From a virus, in the IMG/VR virus record IMGVR_UViG_3300002835_000030, positions 1 through 64,000 of that record: a stretch of 64,000 nt of DNA; one strand, written 5' to 3'. Each line of letters begins with the position of its first letter. Position 1 is the first letter of the stretch. Positions 40,615 through 51,157 of this stretch are shown piece by piece. A program made the position numbers and the translations under genes. The notes below the pieces were generated by a model. That model made no database searches. It saw only the letters and a list, made by a program, of their open reading frames with translations, and was not told where the DNA came from.

Positions 40615-40983
40615 ATGGAATTTTTTATAAACAAAAATAGTACATTACCAAAACTAAAAATGGAATTAGTTAATGACGGTAGAAATGATTTTCGTAATTT
40701 TTATGAAAAAATACAAAATGCTACTATAACTTTTACTATGTATGATGTAGATACAAAAGTTAAAAGAATTGCATGTTCTGCATCGAATTTAGAAATGTTA
40801 ATTTCTAATAACTGTGAAAATACAGAAACACCAACATATATAATATCTTACCAATTTACAGAATTACAAACTAGTAGAGTAGGTAGATATAATGGTTATT
40901 TTACCATAACGTTTTTAGATGGGACAGGTACTCTAATTGCGCCGATTAGAGATGAACTTTATATTAATGTCCTAAATAATTGA
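40615..40983 (+). CDS. Ig-like structural protein (BppU-like)
   Basis: FFINKNSTLP..ATITFTM..GRYNGYFTITF..P; late motif at 40594. Confidence 0.55.
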   Translation: MEFFINKNSTLPKLKMELVNDGRNDFRNFYEKIQNATITFTMYDVDTKVKRIACSASNLEMLISNNCENTETPTYIISYQFTELQTSRVGRYNGYFTITFLDGTGTLIAPIRDELYINVLNN

Positions 40984-41002
40984 TAAATCAAAATATTTTT
41001 TT

Positions 41003-41010
41003 TATATTTG
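41003..41010 (+). promoter_or_regulatory. Bacteroidota-type -7 promoter box TAnnTTTG
   Basis: TATATTTG upstream of polB. Similar boxes at 16448-16455(-), 16512-16519(+) and 32009-32016(-). Confidence 0.55.
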
Positions 41011-41036
41011 TATGCAAAATACAATAACAAAATAAT

Positions 41037-44000
41037 ATGCCTGCATCCGTAGAAGAAATAAGAGAATATTTAGAAGGATATGATGAACAAAAATATATTG
41101 TGGGGATTGAATCTTCTTACAGAGACAACAAAATTCATTTAATAGTTCACGACCCTGAGAATGGTAAATCTATTGAAAAACATAGACTTAAACCATTCCT
41201 ATGGATGAAATCGCCAGATATGACTATATTTTATGGTGGTGATAGGAGAACATTAAAAAGTAAAATGAGGGAATATAAAATTAAATTTATTCCTTTATCT
41301 ACTGAAGATGAAAATGGTGAGAATGTTTCTCGTTTAGAAAACGGATATAAATTTTTAGTACAATGTAGAGGTACGTATGGTGACTTACTTAACTTCTTTA
41401 AAGAGGGGGGTATGGGTGTTTACGATGAAGAATACAGAAGTAATTTCTTAGCGATAAGCCCTACAGAACAATTTTTAATACAAACAGGTAAAAGATTGTT
41501 TAAGGGTATGGAAGATTATAATGAAGTTCACAGACTTTCATTTGACTTAGAAACAACTGGTTTAGATCCTCACGTATGTAGAATATTTCAGATAGGTGTA
41601 AAAGACAATAGAGGATTTCAACACGTACTTTCAATAGACGGTAATGATGATGAATCCTTAGACGATAGAGAATCTGAGGCAATAGTCACATTTTTTAAAA
41701 TTATTAATCACCTAAAACCATCAATTATATCAGGTTATAACTCTGAAAACTTTGACTGGTATTTCTTTGTTGTTAGATGTGAGAAGTTAGGTATTAATAT
41801 AGAAAAGATTGCAAAGACATTGGGTCCAATACCATTTTATAGAAAGAAACAAACACTTAAGATGGGACCTGAGATGGAATACTATGAACAAACACATATG
41901 TGGGGTTATAACATTATGGATGTTTATCACGCAGTTCGTAGGGCACAGGCAATCAATTCGTCTATAAAACAGGCGGGTCTAAAATATATTACAAAATATT
42001 CTAATGCCGCCAAACCTAATCGAGTATACGTACAAGGTGATAAAATAGGTAAAACATACGCAGATAAAGAAAATGATTACTGGTTAAATGAAGAAAATGG
42101 TGAGTGGGGTATAATAAAAGATAATGTCTTACCTGAAGGTATTACTAAACTAAAAGGGTGTGATATCGTAGAAAGATATCTAATAGACGATTTATGGGAA
42201 ACTGAAAAGGTAGATGATATCTTTAATCAGGCAACATATCTTTTATCTAAGGTATTACCTACATCATTTATGAGATCATCCACTATGGGTACTGCGGCAA
42301 CTTGGAAATTACTGATGTTGGGTTGGTATTATAAGAATGGTGTTGCAATCCCTCATACATTAGATAATAGAAGATTTATCGGTGGATTATCAAAACTATT
42401 AGAAGTAGGATATAGTCAAAATGTTGTTAAATTTGACTTTGCGTCACTATACCCATCAATTCAATTAACACATAATGTTTTTACTGATTGTGATGTTATG
42501 GGGGCAATGAGAGGATTATTACAATACAACTACGACTATCGTAACAAATATAAAGAACTTAAAAACGAATATGCGGAAAAGGGAGATAAAGAGAAATCAG
42601 AATATTACGATAAAAAACAATTACCATTAAAGATTCTTAACAATGGTATGTTCGGTTCTATATCTGCACCAAACGTATTCCCATGGGGTGACACAGATAT
42701 GGGTGAAAAAATTACTTGTAGTGCGAGACAATATCTTAGACATATGATACGTTTTTTCAATTCTAAGGGATTTAAACCGTTAGTAGGGGATTCAGTAACT
42801 TATGACACACCAATTTATGTTAGATATAAGACAGATAAACAATGTATTGATATAATACCAATATGTGACTTATTTAATGAAAATTCTGAATTTTTAGATA
42901 ATGAGAAATTAAGAGACTTTGAAGAGAAACAATTTGAGGTTTTAACTCGTAATGGTTGGAAGGAAATAAAATATGTATATCGTCATGAAACTGATAAAAA
43001 TATTCATAGAATAACTACTAAGGATAGGTTGTTAAATGTTACTGAGGATCATTCATTATTTCAAAATGGTATAGAGATAAAACCTTCTTCATTAAAAAGA
43101 ACAGATAAAATCGATATTTATGAATTACCATTCAATAATGATCCAACAATAGAAATAAATGAGGAAGTAGCATTTTTATATGGTTTTTTCTTAGGTGATG
43201 GTTCATCTATATGTTCGAGTAGAAAACAAAAATATAAATCACGTAAAACGGGTATAGTAAATTATAATAAAGGAAAAAGAAGTGATTGGAAAATTTCTAA
43301 TACGAGAATAGAATTATTAGAAAAACTACAACAAATTCTAAAAAATGAATTCTCAATAGAAGGAATTATTAAAGATTACACGAAATCATCGGGAGTATAT
43401 AATTTAGTGGTTCATAATAGTGTATTTACTAAAACTTTTTGTGAAAACTTTTACACTTCTTATAGAGAAAAGAAAATTCCAATGATAATATTGAATTCTA
43501 CAAAAGAAATAAAAATGTCATTTATAAATGGTGTTTTTAACTCTGATGGTTACGGTGATACTATTGAAACGTGTTCAGATATAGGTATGAAGTCACAAGT
43601 GGTAATGTCAGGAATTTCATTACTTTTAAAAGAATTAGATATCGAATATAAAATTAAAACCAGAAAAGATAAACAAAATTTTATTAATTTTAATCTAAAG
43701 AATGGTAATCGTAATAATTCATCTTTCATTAATAAAACTAAAAAGAAAAGTGATGAAGTATGGAAAAATGAAACTATTATAAATAAAGATAAAAATAATT
43801 ATGTTTACGACATTTCAACAGAAGACGGAACTTTTGTTTGTGGAATAGGTGGGATTATTGCACACAATACCGATGGATTTAACTTCTCAGTACCTAAAGA
43901 TGTGGATAAATATGTTTATACTTCTAATGGTAACCATAGATTTAATAAGTTAGGTAAAACCTATAAAGGTATGGGTGCGGTTGTCGCAGAATATAATGAC

Positions 44001-44951
44001 AAATATATGAAGGGTGTTATGGGGTTAGATGTAGATGAGATATGTCAAGCAACAATCAATCTCGCAAGAAAGAATTACGCAGACTTAATAGACGGTAAAG
44101 TTAAATTAGTGGGTAACTCTATTAAATCTAAGAAGATGCCAACATACATCGCAGAATTTATCGATAAGGGTATTAGTCTATTATTAGATGGTGATGGGTA
44201 TAGTTTTGTTAATGAATACTATGAAACAGTAGAAATGATTTACAATCTAGAAATACCACTATCTAAGATTGCAAATAAAGCCAGAGTTAGAATTAGTGTA
44301 GAGGATTATAAAAAGAAGATGAAGACTACTAATAAATCTGGTGGTGCAATGGCTACACAAGCACATATGGAACTTATAATTAATGAGAAGTTAAATGTAG
44401 ATTTAGGTGAAACTATTTATTATGTTAATACAGGTTCTAAAAAATCACACGGTGATGTACAAAAGAAAACACATAAAAATCCAAAATATACGGCAAAAGA
44501 TCTACAAATGCAAATCTCTTTCGATGGTAAAGTTGCAAAGGACGCAGTATTCAACGAAGAAATTATTCTTAATTGTAAATTAATTCCTAATAATATTATA
44601 GAAAACGATCCAGATGCGACAGGTGAGTATAATGTTGATAGATATTTAGATGCTTTTAATAAAAGGGTTAAACCACTATTAGTTTGTTTTGACTCTTTAG
44701 TGAGAGATGAGATTTTAATATCTAATCCTTCAGATAGAAAATACTATACGAGACAGGAATTAGAATTAACTTCAGGTCATCCATTTAAAGAAAGTGATCA
44801 AGATAAATTAAATGAACTATTAATCATCACTGATGAAGAGTTGGAATTCTGGAATAGTATCGGAGTATCCCCTACTTATATGTTCGAAGATTACGGTGTT
44901 GAAGATGAATTCTCATATGACGTAAAAACCCAAAGGACGGTAATTCAATGA
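41037..44951 (+). CDS. polB: Family B DNA polymerase containing one intein
   Basis: Exonuclease FDLETTG and SGYNSENFD; polymerase DFASLYPS, KILNNGMFG, GD|TDG, RKNY. Confidence 0.95.
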   Translation: MPASVEEIREYLEGYDEQKYIVGIESSYRDNKIHLIVHDPENGKSIEKHRLKPFLWMKSPDMTIFYGGDRRTLKSKMREYKIKFIPLSTEDENGENVSRLENGYKFLVQCRGTYGDLLNFFKEGGMGVYDEEYRSNFLAISPTEQFLIQTGKRLFKGMEDYNEVHRLSFDLETTGLDPHVCRIFQIGVKDNRGFQHVLSIDGNDDESLDDRESEAIVTFFKIINHLKPSIISGYNSENFDWYFFVVRCEKLGINIEKIAKTLGPIPFYRKKQTLKMGPEMEYYEQTHMWGYNIMDVYHAVRRAQAINSSIKQAGLKYITKYSNAAKPNRVYVQGDKIGKTYADKENDYWLNEENGEWGIIKDNVLPEGITKLKGCDIVERYLIDDLWETEKVDDIFNQATYLLSKVLPTSFMRSSTMGTAATWKLLMLGWYYKNGVAIPHTLDNRRFIGGLSKLLEVGYSQNVVKFDFASLYPSIQLTHNVFTDCDVMGAMRGLLQYNYDYRNKYKELKNEYAEKGDKEKSEYYDKKQLPLKILNNGMFGSISAPNVFPWGDTDMGEKITCSARQYLRHMIRFFNSKGFKPLVGDSVTYDTPIYVRYKTDKQCIDIIPICDLFNENSEFLDNEKLRDFEEKQFEVLTRNGWKEIKYVYRHETDKNIHRITTKDRLLNVTEDHSLFQNGIEIKPSSLKRTDKIDIYELPFNNDPTIEINEEVAFLYGFFLGDGSSICSSRKQKYKSRKTGIVNYNKGKRSDWKISNTRIELLEKLQQILKNEFSIEGIIKDYTKSSGVYNLVVHNSVFTKTFCENFYTSYREKKIPMIILNSTKEIKMSFINGVFNSDGYGDTIETCSDIGMKSQVVMSGISLLLKELDIEYKIKTRKDKQNFINFNLKNGNRNNSSFINKTKKKSDEVWKNETIINKDKNNYVYDISTEDGTFVCGIGGIIAHNTDGFNFSVPKDVDKYVYTSNGNHRFNKLGKTYKGMGAVVAEYNDKYMKGVMGLDVDEICQATINLARKNYADLIDGKVKLVGNSIKSKKMPTYIAEFIDKGISLLLDGDGYSFVNEYYETVEMIYNLEIPLSKIANKARVRISVEDYKKKMKTTNKSGGAMATQAHMELIINEKLNVDLGETIYYVNTGSKKSHGDVQKKTHKNPKYTAKDLQMQISFDGKVAKDAVFNEEIILNCKLIPNNIIENDPDATGEYNVDRYLDAFNKRVKPLLVCFDSLVRDEILISNPSDRKYYTRQELELTSGHPFKESDQDKLNELLIITDEELEFWNSIGVSPTYMFEDYGVEDEFSYDVKTQRTVIQ
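42792..43868 (+). mobile_element. Intein (359 aa) with LAGLIDADG endonuclease in PolB motif C
   Basis: GD|SVTYDTP...GIIAHN|TDG; blocks YGFFLGDG and NGVFNSDG. Confidence 0.92.
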
Positions 44952-46058
44952 TTTATTTAGGTTTTCCGCCTCTAATGCTTTATTCTCTAATTGTTTAACA
45001 TTAGATAATCTTTCTAATCTTAAATCTAATTGTTCTAAAAGTTTAAGTTGTTCTTCTTTACCTTCATTAAGTAAACTATCGTAGTCCATAATAAGTTCTG
45101 CATCAGGTACTTTTAACGCTCCTTGAAACTTACCTCTAACCCTACCTAATGTTTCTTTAAATAAGGCAGTTAAATATCTCCTTACCCATATTCTAGTTGG
45201 TTCATTTAACTCTGAATATTGTATTTTATTTAAAGGTACATCATTAGGTAATTTAATAATGTCTGGGTTATCAGTTAAACATTGATTTCTATTATCATCT
45301 GTAACATCATAATAGTGATACCATACTTTAGTACCTGCGAGTCCAATCTGACTATTTACTAATCCTGCACCTGCGAAAGACAATCTACTTCCTGGTATAG
45401 GCATAAGATGTAATAATCTAGTTCCATTTGGTCCTGCGGTTACCTTATGACTTAATTCACTTCTAAGTAATTTAGACTTCAAACTAAAGTCTTGTGCTCT
45501 TAATAATACGTCAAATGCGGGAGCAACATAAAAACCACCATTACCTAATCCACCACCTTGTCCCCAACCTGCGTATGGGACTTGTCCAAAACCACCACCA
45601 AAACCATAATCCCCAAATCCTGCAAATGAATAGAGTGCATGATCAGTAGAGTTTGGTGTAATCCATAATACTTCATTAATCTCTCTACCTGCAGGTATTT
45701 GATATACTTGTTGGTTTTTAACTATTGACACATAATCCTTTTTAAGTTCCCAAGGACCTCTTTGTTGTAACCCCACTTGTTTAGAATATGCATATGAAAA
45801 GTTACTTTCAAAATCTAATGATCTAGTAGTTAATGCGAATGCAATATCTACTTTGTCTGCCTCCTTACCTAAAACTGAAGACCATTGATTTTCAATTAAC
45901 CAGTCTTGCACTCTTTGAGCGTAATCTTCTATTGCGGTTTCTAAAAGGGAATTCATTTGATCCCAATCCAATTCAATTTTCCTAACAGGTGCACCTAATC
46001 TATGTCTGATTTGGTTAAATAGTTCTGTTTTTAAATTATCGTTTAAAGAATTCGCCAT
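44913..46058 (-). CDS. gp13: Neck protein, T4 gp13-like
   Basis: RLGAPVRKIEL, WVRRY.TA..KE.LG.VRGKF. Confidence 0.8.
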   Translation of the reverse strand: MANSLNDNLKTELFNQIRHRLGAPVRKIELDWDQMNSLLETAIEDYAQRVQDWLIENQWSSVLGKEADKVDIAFALTTRSLDFESNFSYAYSKQVGLQQRGPWELKKDYVSIVKNQQVYQIPAGREINEVLWITPNSTDHALYSFAGFGDYGFGGGFGQVPYAGWGQGGGLGNGGFYVAPAFDVLLRAQDFSLKSKLLRSELSHKVTAGPNGTRLLHLMPIPGSRLSFAGAGLVNSQIGLAGTKVWYHYYDVTDDNRNQCLTDNPDIIKLPNDVPLNKIQYSELNEPTRIWVRRYLTALFKETLGRVRGKFQGALKVPDAELIMDYDSLLNEGKEEQLKLLEQLDLRLERLSNVKQLENKALEAENLNKSLNYRPLGFYVI

Positions 46059-46074
46059 ATTAATATGTTTATTT

Positions 46075-46094
46075 ATAAATATTGCAATATTTAT
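46075..46094. promoter_or_regulatory. Back-to-back late promoters (ATATTTAT motif)
   Basis: Perfect palindrome ataaatat-tgca-atatttat between divergent genes; the motif recurs before most structural genes. Confidence 0.65.
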
Positions 46095-46114
46095 TAAATG
46101 TAAAATAAAAATAT

Positions 46115-46486
46115 ATGAAAGAGGAGTTGATATTAAAATTTATAACACTACAACAACAATTTAGATTATTACATTGGCAAACTAAATCACATGCACAACA
46201 TATCGCCTATGGCGATACTTACAATTCATTAGAAGATCTAATAGATACTTTTATAGAAATTTATATGGGTAAGTACGGTAGAGTGGAGTTCACTAATGGG
46301 GAAGGTAATATAACACTTTTTAATTTATCTAATTTAGATTTAAATACATTTATTAAAGATAATATAAAATGGGTGAAAAGTTTAGGGGAAAAGTTAAATC
46401 AAACTAACGATACTGATTTATTAAATGTCAAAGATGAAATTATGGCGTCATTAAATAAATTAAGATATCTATTAACTTTAAAATGA
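46115..46486 (+). CDS. Ferritin/Dps-like four-helix protein (DUF5856-like)
   Basis: LHWQT..H.A....Y..L..LID.F.E.Y.G and LLN.KDE....NKL.YLLTL. Confidence 0.75.
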   Translation: MKEELILKFITLQQQFRLLHWQTKSHAQHIAYGDTYNSLEDLIDTFIEIYMGKYGRVEFTNGEGNITLFNLSNLDLNTFIKDNIKWVKSLGEKLNQTNDTDLLNVKDEIMASLNKLRYLLTLK

Positions 46487-46896
46487 TGAAAAATATAATC
46501 AGAAAAATTTTAAAAGAAGAAACTAGCCATAGTTATAAAGAATTGGGTAACCCTAATGGTTTTGAGGGTACCGATGTATATGACACAAAAGATGAAATTG
46601 CTATAGGACTATCAATAAAGGCATTAAATCATTTAAATTCCGCACTTAGAGATATTGAATCTGCATTAGAAAATGTAGAAAATGAAAACATTAGACGTGT
46701 TTTGGAAAAAGTTAAATCTATGTTGATTGTAGACTATGGTATACAAGGTGCTTTCGAACAATCAATATCAAATGGTAAACGACATAATACAATAATTAAA
46801 ATGTTGAGTGATGTCATCGGTAAAAACAGTAATAACAACTGGAACTTTAATCTAAATGGTGGGCACGAACCTAAAGCCCCTGAAGGTGTTTTTTAA
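46483..46896 (+). CDS. Hypothetical protein with IRKILKEE leader
   Basis: Begins MMKNIIRKILKEE. Confidence 0.6.
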   Translation: MMKNIIRKILKEETSHSYKELGNPNGFEGTDVYDTKDEIAIGLSIKALNHLNSALRDIESALENVENENIRRVLEKVKSMLIVDYGIQGAFEQSISNGKRHNTIIKMLSDVIGKNSNNNWNFNLNGGHEPKAPEGVF

Positions 46897-47128
46897 CTAA
46901 TTCTACCGCCTCATTTATTGTCTGAAATGATTTTTCAGGTAAAAACGCAGTTTTTTCAATTAAAATTGCCGGTAAATATTCGTTATTTACTTTCTTAGAG
47001 AATTTTTCATATAGTTCTTCGTGTTTATCAACATCTAACTCAATAAAATCAATATTATTTTCTTGTAATTGATTTTTTAAGTTGTCGCAATGTGGACATC
47101 CTTTCATTGAAAATACTTTAACTTTCAT
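46871..47128 (-). CDS. Glutaredoxin-like protein
   Basis: CPHC motif and LP (cis-Pro) loop; 85 aa. Confidence 0.88.
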   Translation of the reverse strand: MKVKVFSMKGCPHCDNLKNQLQENNIDFIELDVDKHEELYEKFSKKVNNEYLPAILIEKTAFLPEKSFQTINEAVELVKKHLQGL

Positions 47129-50100
47129 CTTCTATTTTATTTATAAATTCATTTATTATGTCATCTTCACCCATAATGGTTCCAATAATCTTTTTCTTTT
47201 CATTTAGTATATCCCATACTAAAGTATCAATAGTATTATACATTAACATATAATAAATATTAACAGTTTCCTTTTGCCCTATTCTATAACAATTATGTAC
47301 GTTATAGATACCAACCACAAAGGAATTATCATCTTCTACCGATAAATCATAAACTCTTTCTTCAGACTTTTTAGGTTTACTTATATTAATACTTTTAATT
47401 GGGTATGTTATATATCCATCTAATAGTTTTATCCTTTTATTTTTTACTTCATCTAAACTATATTCAATACTATAATTATTCTCACCTTTATTCGATAATG
47501 AAATTGGTCTACCTAAATTACAATTATATCTAATTAACTGAGATATTAATTTAATCGAAGAAGTTGTTGCTTGTTGAGTATTTTTCCTCCTATAACCATC
47601 CCCATGATAATACCCTTTTAGTAAACTATCTAATTGTTCTTCATTTAACTCATCAACCCAAATAGGTAATTGTTTTTCATATACTATCCCACCAAACCAA
47701 TCTTTAAAATTATATGCAAGCTCTTTAGAATGTATTGTACATGATTTGACATTTTTAGTATCGACATGGGTACTATGTTTTTCAATACCAAAACTTTCTT
47801 TAATAATTTTAATAATATATTCAGAAGCATCATACATTTTAGAGTTAGTGATTTTTTGACATATGTTAACGGTTGATGATTTAATGTCCGAAATAACTGT
47901 CCACCCTTCAGCAATGAAGAAACCAAAAGCATATAATAAATCATTTGTTAATTCTACTTTTTCTGGTAAGTTGACTAATCTTCCGTTAGTCTGTTCGACA
48001 TTAAAATTATTTTTAAATGTGTTAGAAACGTATGAGTTAACATTTAAATATTTTTTTCTTTCTAATGGTTGTTTAACCGATTTAATTGTTAAAAAATGAT
48101 TCCTAATATTGATGTCTTTTGCTTCTATCCACTTAAAAGAGTCTTCTTTATTATCATAGACATATAATTTATGATCTTCTGTAACGGATAATACATCATT
48201 ATAACCAAACGCATTTATATCATATCTTAATTTTTTACGTTCTAAATGGCTACTTTTACCGATAACCGGTTTAAAATTACCTTTATGTGTATATACAAAA
48301 TCACCAATATTAATATCCTCAATTACTTTATATCCATTTTCAGTTAACACCCATTGACCACCAAAAATACACCTATCTTCCGCTTGTTCGTGATTTCCAG
48401 GAACCCAATCTAATGAGTTCATAATAACAATTTCTGCCTTAGTTAGAGTTAATCCCACACCTGCCGCCTTAATTTGCCCAATAAATACTTTACAGCTATC
48501 ATCTTCTTGAAATCTATCTACAGATAATTGTTTTTGTTTATCAGACATACCACCTCTAACACATACCGCCTTATTACCGAAGTGTCTGTTAAATGCATCC
48601 ATCTCATCATTAAAGTTACAAAATATAATAACTTTTTTATTTAACTCTAACGCTTCTTCCACCTTTTCTATCGAATAGGGTACTGTTTCCATCGCAATAA
48701 AAGTCCTAAGTAATGTCATCTCCACAAGGTCTTTTGCAGGATTCCCCTTTTTCCCCTCTAAACGTCTTTTTTCTAAATAATTTTCCCAAACTGATTTATA
48801 CTCATCTACATTTTGTAATTCCAAATAAACTGGAGTTATTAACTTAGGCGGTAAATCTAAGACATCTTCTTTTTTTCTTCTTAATATTGTTCTTTTTGTT
48901 TTAGACGATAACTCATCTAAATTAGATGCCCCTTTAGTGACCCATACATATTTACCACCCTTTCTAAATCTCATACCTTCACAATAAGTTTTAGCGTAGT
49001 GAACCCAATTGTTTGTTATTGGTGAATCAATAATAGATAATAAATTATAGTAATCCATAGGTCTATTTGCGATAGGTGTGCCAGTTAATAACCATACTCT
49101 TTCACATGAAAAATTCTTAGATAAATCTTTTAATATTGCACCTCTGTTTGATTTGTGATTTTTAACATAATGCGCTTCATCTAATATTAATAGATCGGGA
49201 TTGAAGTCTGCAATTTCTCTCCTCAATTCCCACTCTTCGTATTCTTTATTTTTTTCTTTAACTGTATGGAAATTTTTGAGGATATCATAGTTAATGATTG
49301 TGAATCTCGCAGGATCCCAATAAGATCCTGTAATTATTGATACATCATCACAAAAATTTTGTACTTCCCTCATCCAATTTATTTTGAGTGATGAAGGACA
49401 AATTATTAAAACTCTTTCTGCGTTACATTCTAATGCTGCGACTATGGATTGGTATGTGTTGTGAGTTACTATACCATGTTCTGTAACATATAAGTGATCT
49501 TCTGCTGCAACTTGAATACATACCGCCTCACCCTGTTTTTCTAATTTTATATCTTTTATATATCTACCTATCTTATATTTTTTCGGTGGATTATATTCGT
49601 CAGATTTTCTTTTAAGTCTGAAAGGATTCATACCTTCAGGTAATTTTATATTAAGTCTATAGTTTATTCTACCCTTTACTATAGTACCGTCTTCTTTTTT
49701 GTAAGATCCAACCCTACTTTTTTTTCTAACAATTCCACCTAAAGAATGTACTATTTCGGCAACATCATCGGCTAATTTTTCAGACACTGTTGAGTATTCT
49801 GTCCCAGTAAAATTACCGTTTTTTGATTTCATACAGTGACCATCAGTATCCATAAGTCCTTGTAGAATAGAGAGTCTATCCTCTATTGAGGAATATTTAT
49901 AGATATCAGGAATAAATTTAGAGTATGATAATTTACCATTTAAACCTAATGATGTAATTTCTTTTTTAATGGTATTAATTAAATTGATTCTATTACCATT
50001 TTGTTCTTTACCCTCATTAATAAATTGATTAGTAAATATTTCATCAAAATCATTTCCGTCTAATAAAATTCTAATATAACCTGAATTAGATATATGGTCA

Positions 50101-51101
50101 TCACCAATGATAACACCTAACAAATATGGGTCAATAGGTAATTTATCATCATTACTAAATTGGATTGTCTTCACTATAGGTATTTGCCACTTATTTTGAC
50201 CATTATTAGTTTTATAATAAGTTTTAAATTTATAAGATCTTTTTTTATTCCACCCTTTACCATACTGTTCTAACTCTAATTTTTCATCAATCATTTGTTC
50301 AACACTTAGTGTGTGATACTTATTTTCTCTATTTTTAGAGTTTTCTCCACTATTATTACTACTTACAGTCCATAAATGTTCTTTACAACATAACGTAGAA
50401 TACCCATCATTAAATGTTACCCTATATAAATCCTTAACCCCTTGTGGGTATACCGCCTCAACTAAAGTAGGTTTTCCATCAGAACCGATAACATAATCAC
50501 CTGATTTTATATTACCTATTTTTTCTCTTCCATAGGGTGTAAATACTTCAGAATTAACACACTGGGCTTTACCTAAACCCATGTCGTCCGCCAAAATACA
50601 CTTTTTCTTCTTCATTAAGAACTTAATCCCATCCTCTTGATGTTTAAATGCCTTCCACCCTCTTTTATCTAATTTTTGATACTTATCAAAATCAATATCG
50701 ATTTCTAATTCTTCATAATGAATATCATCTAATATTTGTGTTTTAGGTATCCATAATAATTTAACATCCTTTTGGTTTTTATATAACTTACATATAACGT
50801 GTATCGCTTTCTCCGATTCCGCCAATAAAGTTTCTAGAAATATTTTTTTAGGTGTTATTTTTAATTTGTGTTCTTCTTGTAATTCTTCAGAAAAATAATT
50901 AGTTAATTCTATAACTTTATTTAATACCTTTGGTTCAAAGGTAAAATAATTTTTTACATAGTTTGACTGATTATTAGTAAGAAAATATTTTTTTTCGGTT
51001 TCTTTTTTTTTGCGCATGTAGTTAATATAAGGGTTTTTACCCTCATATGTCATAAGTAAATCTTCACTATCGAGATTTTTAATATCCTTAACATCCAACA
51101 T
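47118..51101 (-). CDS. SNF2/HARP-like helicase with two inteins (~597 aa after splicing)
   Basis: LADDMGLGK|T, DEAH, LTGTPIAN, QAEDR|CYRIGQ. Confidence 0.93.
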   Translation of the reverse strand: MLDVKDIKNLDSEDLLMTYEGKNPYINYMRKKKETEKKYFLTNNQSNYVKNYFTFEPKVLNKVIELTNYFSEELQEEHKLKITPKKIFLETLLAESEKAIHVICKLYKNQKDVKLLWIPKTQILDDIHYEELEIDIDFDKYQKLDKRGWKAFKHQEDGIKFLMKKKKCILADDMGLGKAQCVNSEVFTPYGREKIGNIKSGDYVIGSDGKPTLVEAVYPQGVKDLYRVTFNDGYSTLCCKEHLWTVSSNNSGENSKNRENKYHTLSVEQMIDEKLELEQYGKGWNKKRSYKFKTYYKTNNGQNKWQIPIVKTIQFSNDDKLPIDPYLLGVIIGDDHISNSGYIRILLDGNDFDEIFTNQFINEGKEQNGNRINLINTIKKEITSLGLNGKLSYSKFIPDIYKYSSIEDRLSILQGLMDTDGHCMKSKNGNFTGTEYSTVSEKLADDVAEIVHSLGGIVRKKSRVGSYKKEDGTIVKGRINYRLNIKLPEGMNPFRLKRKSDEYNPPKKYKIGRYIKDIKLEKQGEAVCIQVAAEDHLYVTEHGIVTHNTYQSIVAALECNAERVLIICPSSLKINWMREVQNFCDDVSIITGSYWDPARFTIINYDILKNFHTVKEKNKEYEEWELRREIADFNPDLLILDEAHYVKNHKSNRGAILKDLSKNFSCERVWLLTGTPIANRPMDYYNLLSIIDSPITNNWVHYAKTYCEGMRFRKGGKYVWVTKGASNLDELSSKTKRTILRRKKEDVLDLPPKLITPVYLELQNVDEYKSVWENYLEKRRLEGKKGNPAKDLVEMTLLRTFIAMETVPYSIEKVEEALELNKKVIIFCNFNDEMDAFNRHFGNKAVCVRGGMSDKQKQLSVDRFQEDDSCKVFIGQIKAAGVGLTLTKAEIVIMNSLDWVPGNHEQAEDRCIFGGQWVLTENGYKVIEDINIGDFVYTHKGNFKPVIGKSSHLERKKLRYDINAFGYNDVLSVTEDHKLYVYDNKEDSFKWIEAKDINIRNHFLTIKSVKQPLERKKYLNVNSYVSNTFKNNFNVEQTNGRLVNLPEKVELTNDLLYAFGFFIAEGWTVISDIKSSTVNICQKITNSKMYDASEYIIKIIKESFGIEKHSTHVDTKNVKSCTIHSKELAYNFKDWFGGIVYEKQLPIWVDELNEEQLDSLLKGYYHGDGYRRKNTQQATTSSIKLISQLIRYNCNLGRPISLSNKGENNYSIEYSLDEVKNKRIKLLDGYITYPIKSINISKPKKSEERVYDLSVEDDNSFVVGIYNVHNCYRIGQKETVNIYYMLMYNTIDTLVWDILNEKKKIIGTIMGEDDIINEFINKIEDES
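47292..48371 (-). mobile_element. Intein 2 (360 aa, class 1, LAGLIDADG) in helicase motif VI
   Basis: EDR|CIFGGQWV...YNVHN|CYRIGQ; FGFFIAEG and KGYYHGDG. Confidence 0.9.
49458..50567 (-). mobile_element. Intein 1 (370 aa, Ala1, class 3) in helicase Walker A
   Basis: GLGK|AQCV...IVTHN|TYQ; WCT signature (HLW, AVCIQV, VTHN). Confidence 0.9.
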
Positions 51102-51157
51102 AATTACAATAATAAGGATTTTTTTCTTAAAAATAAATATTTATCTATAAAAGATAT

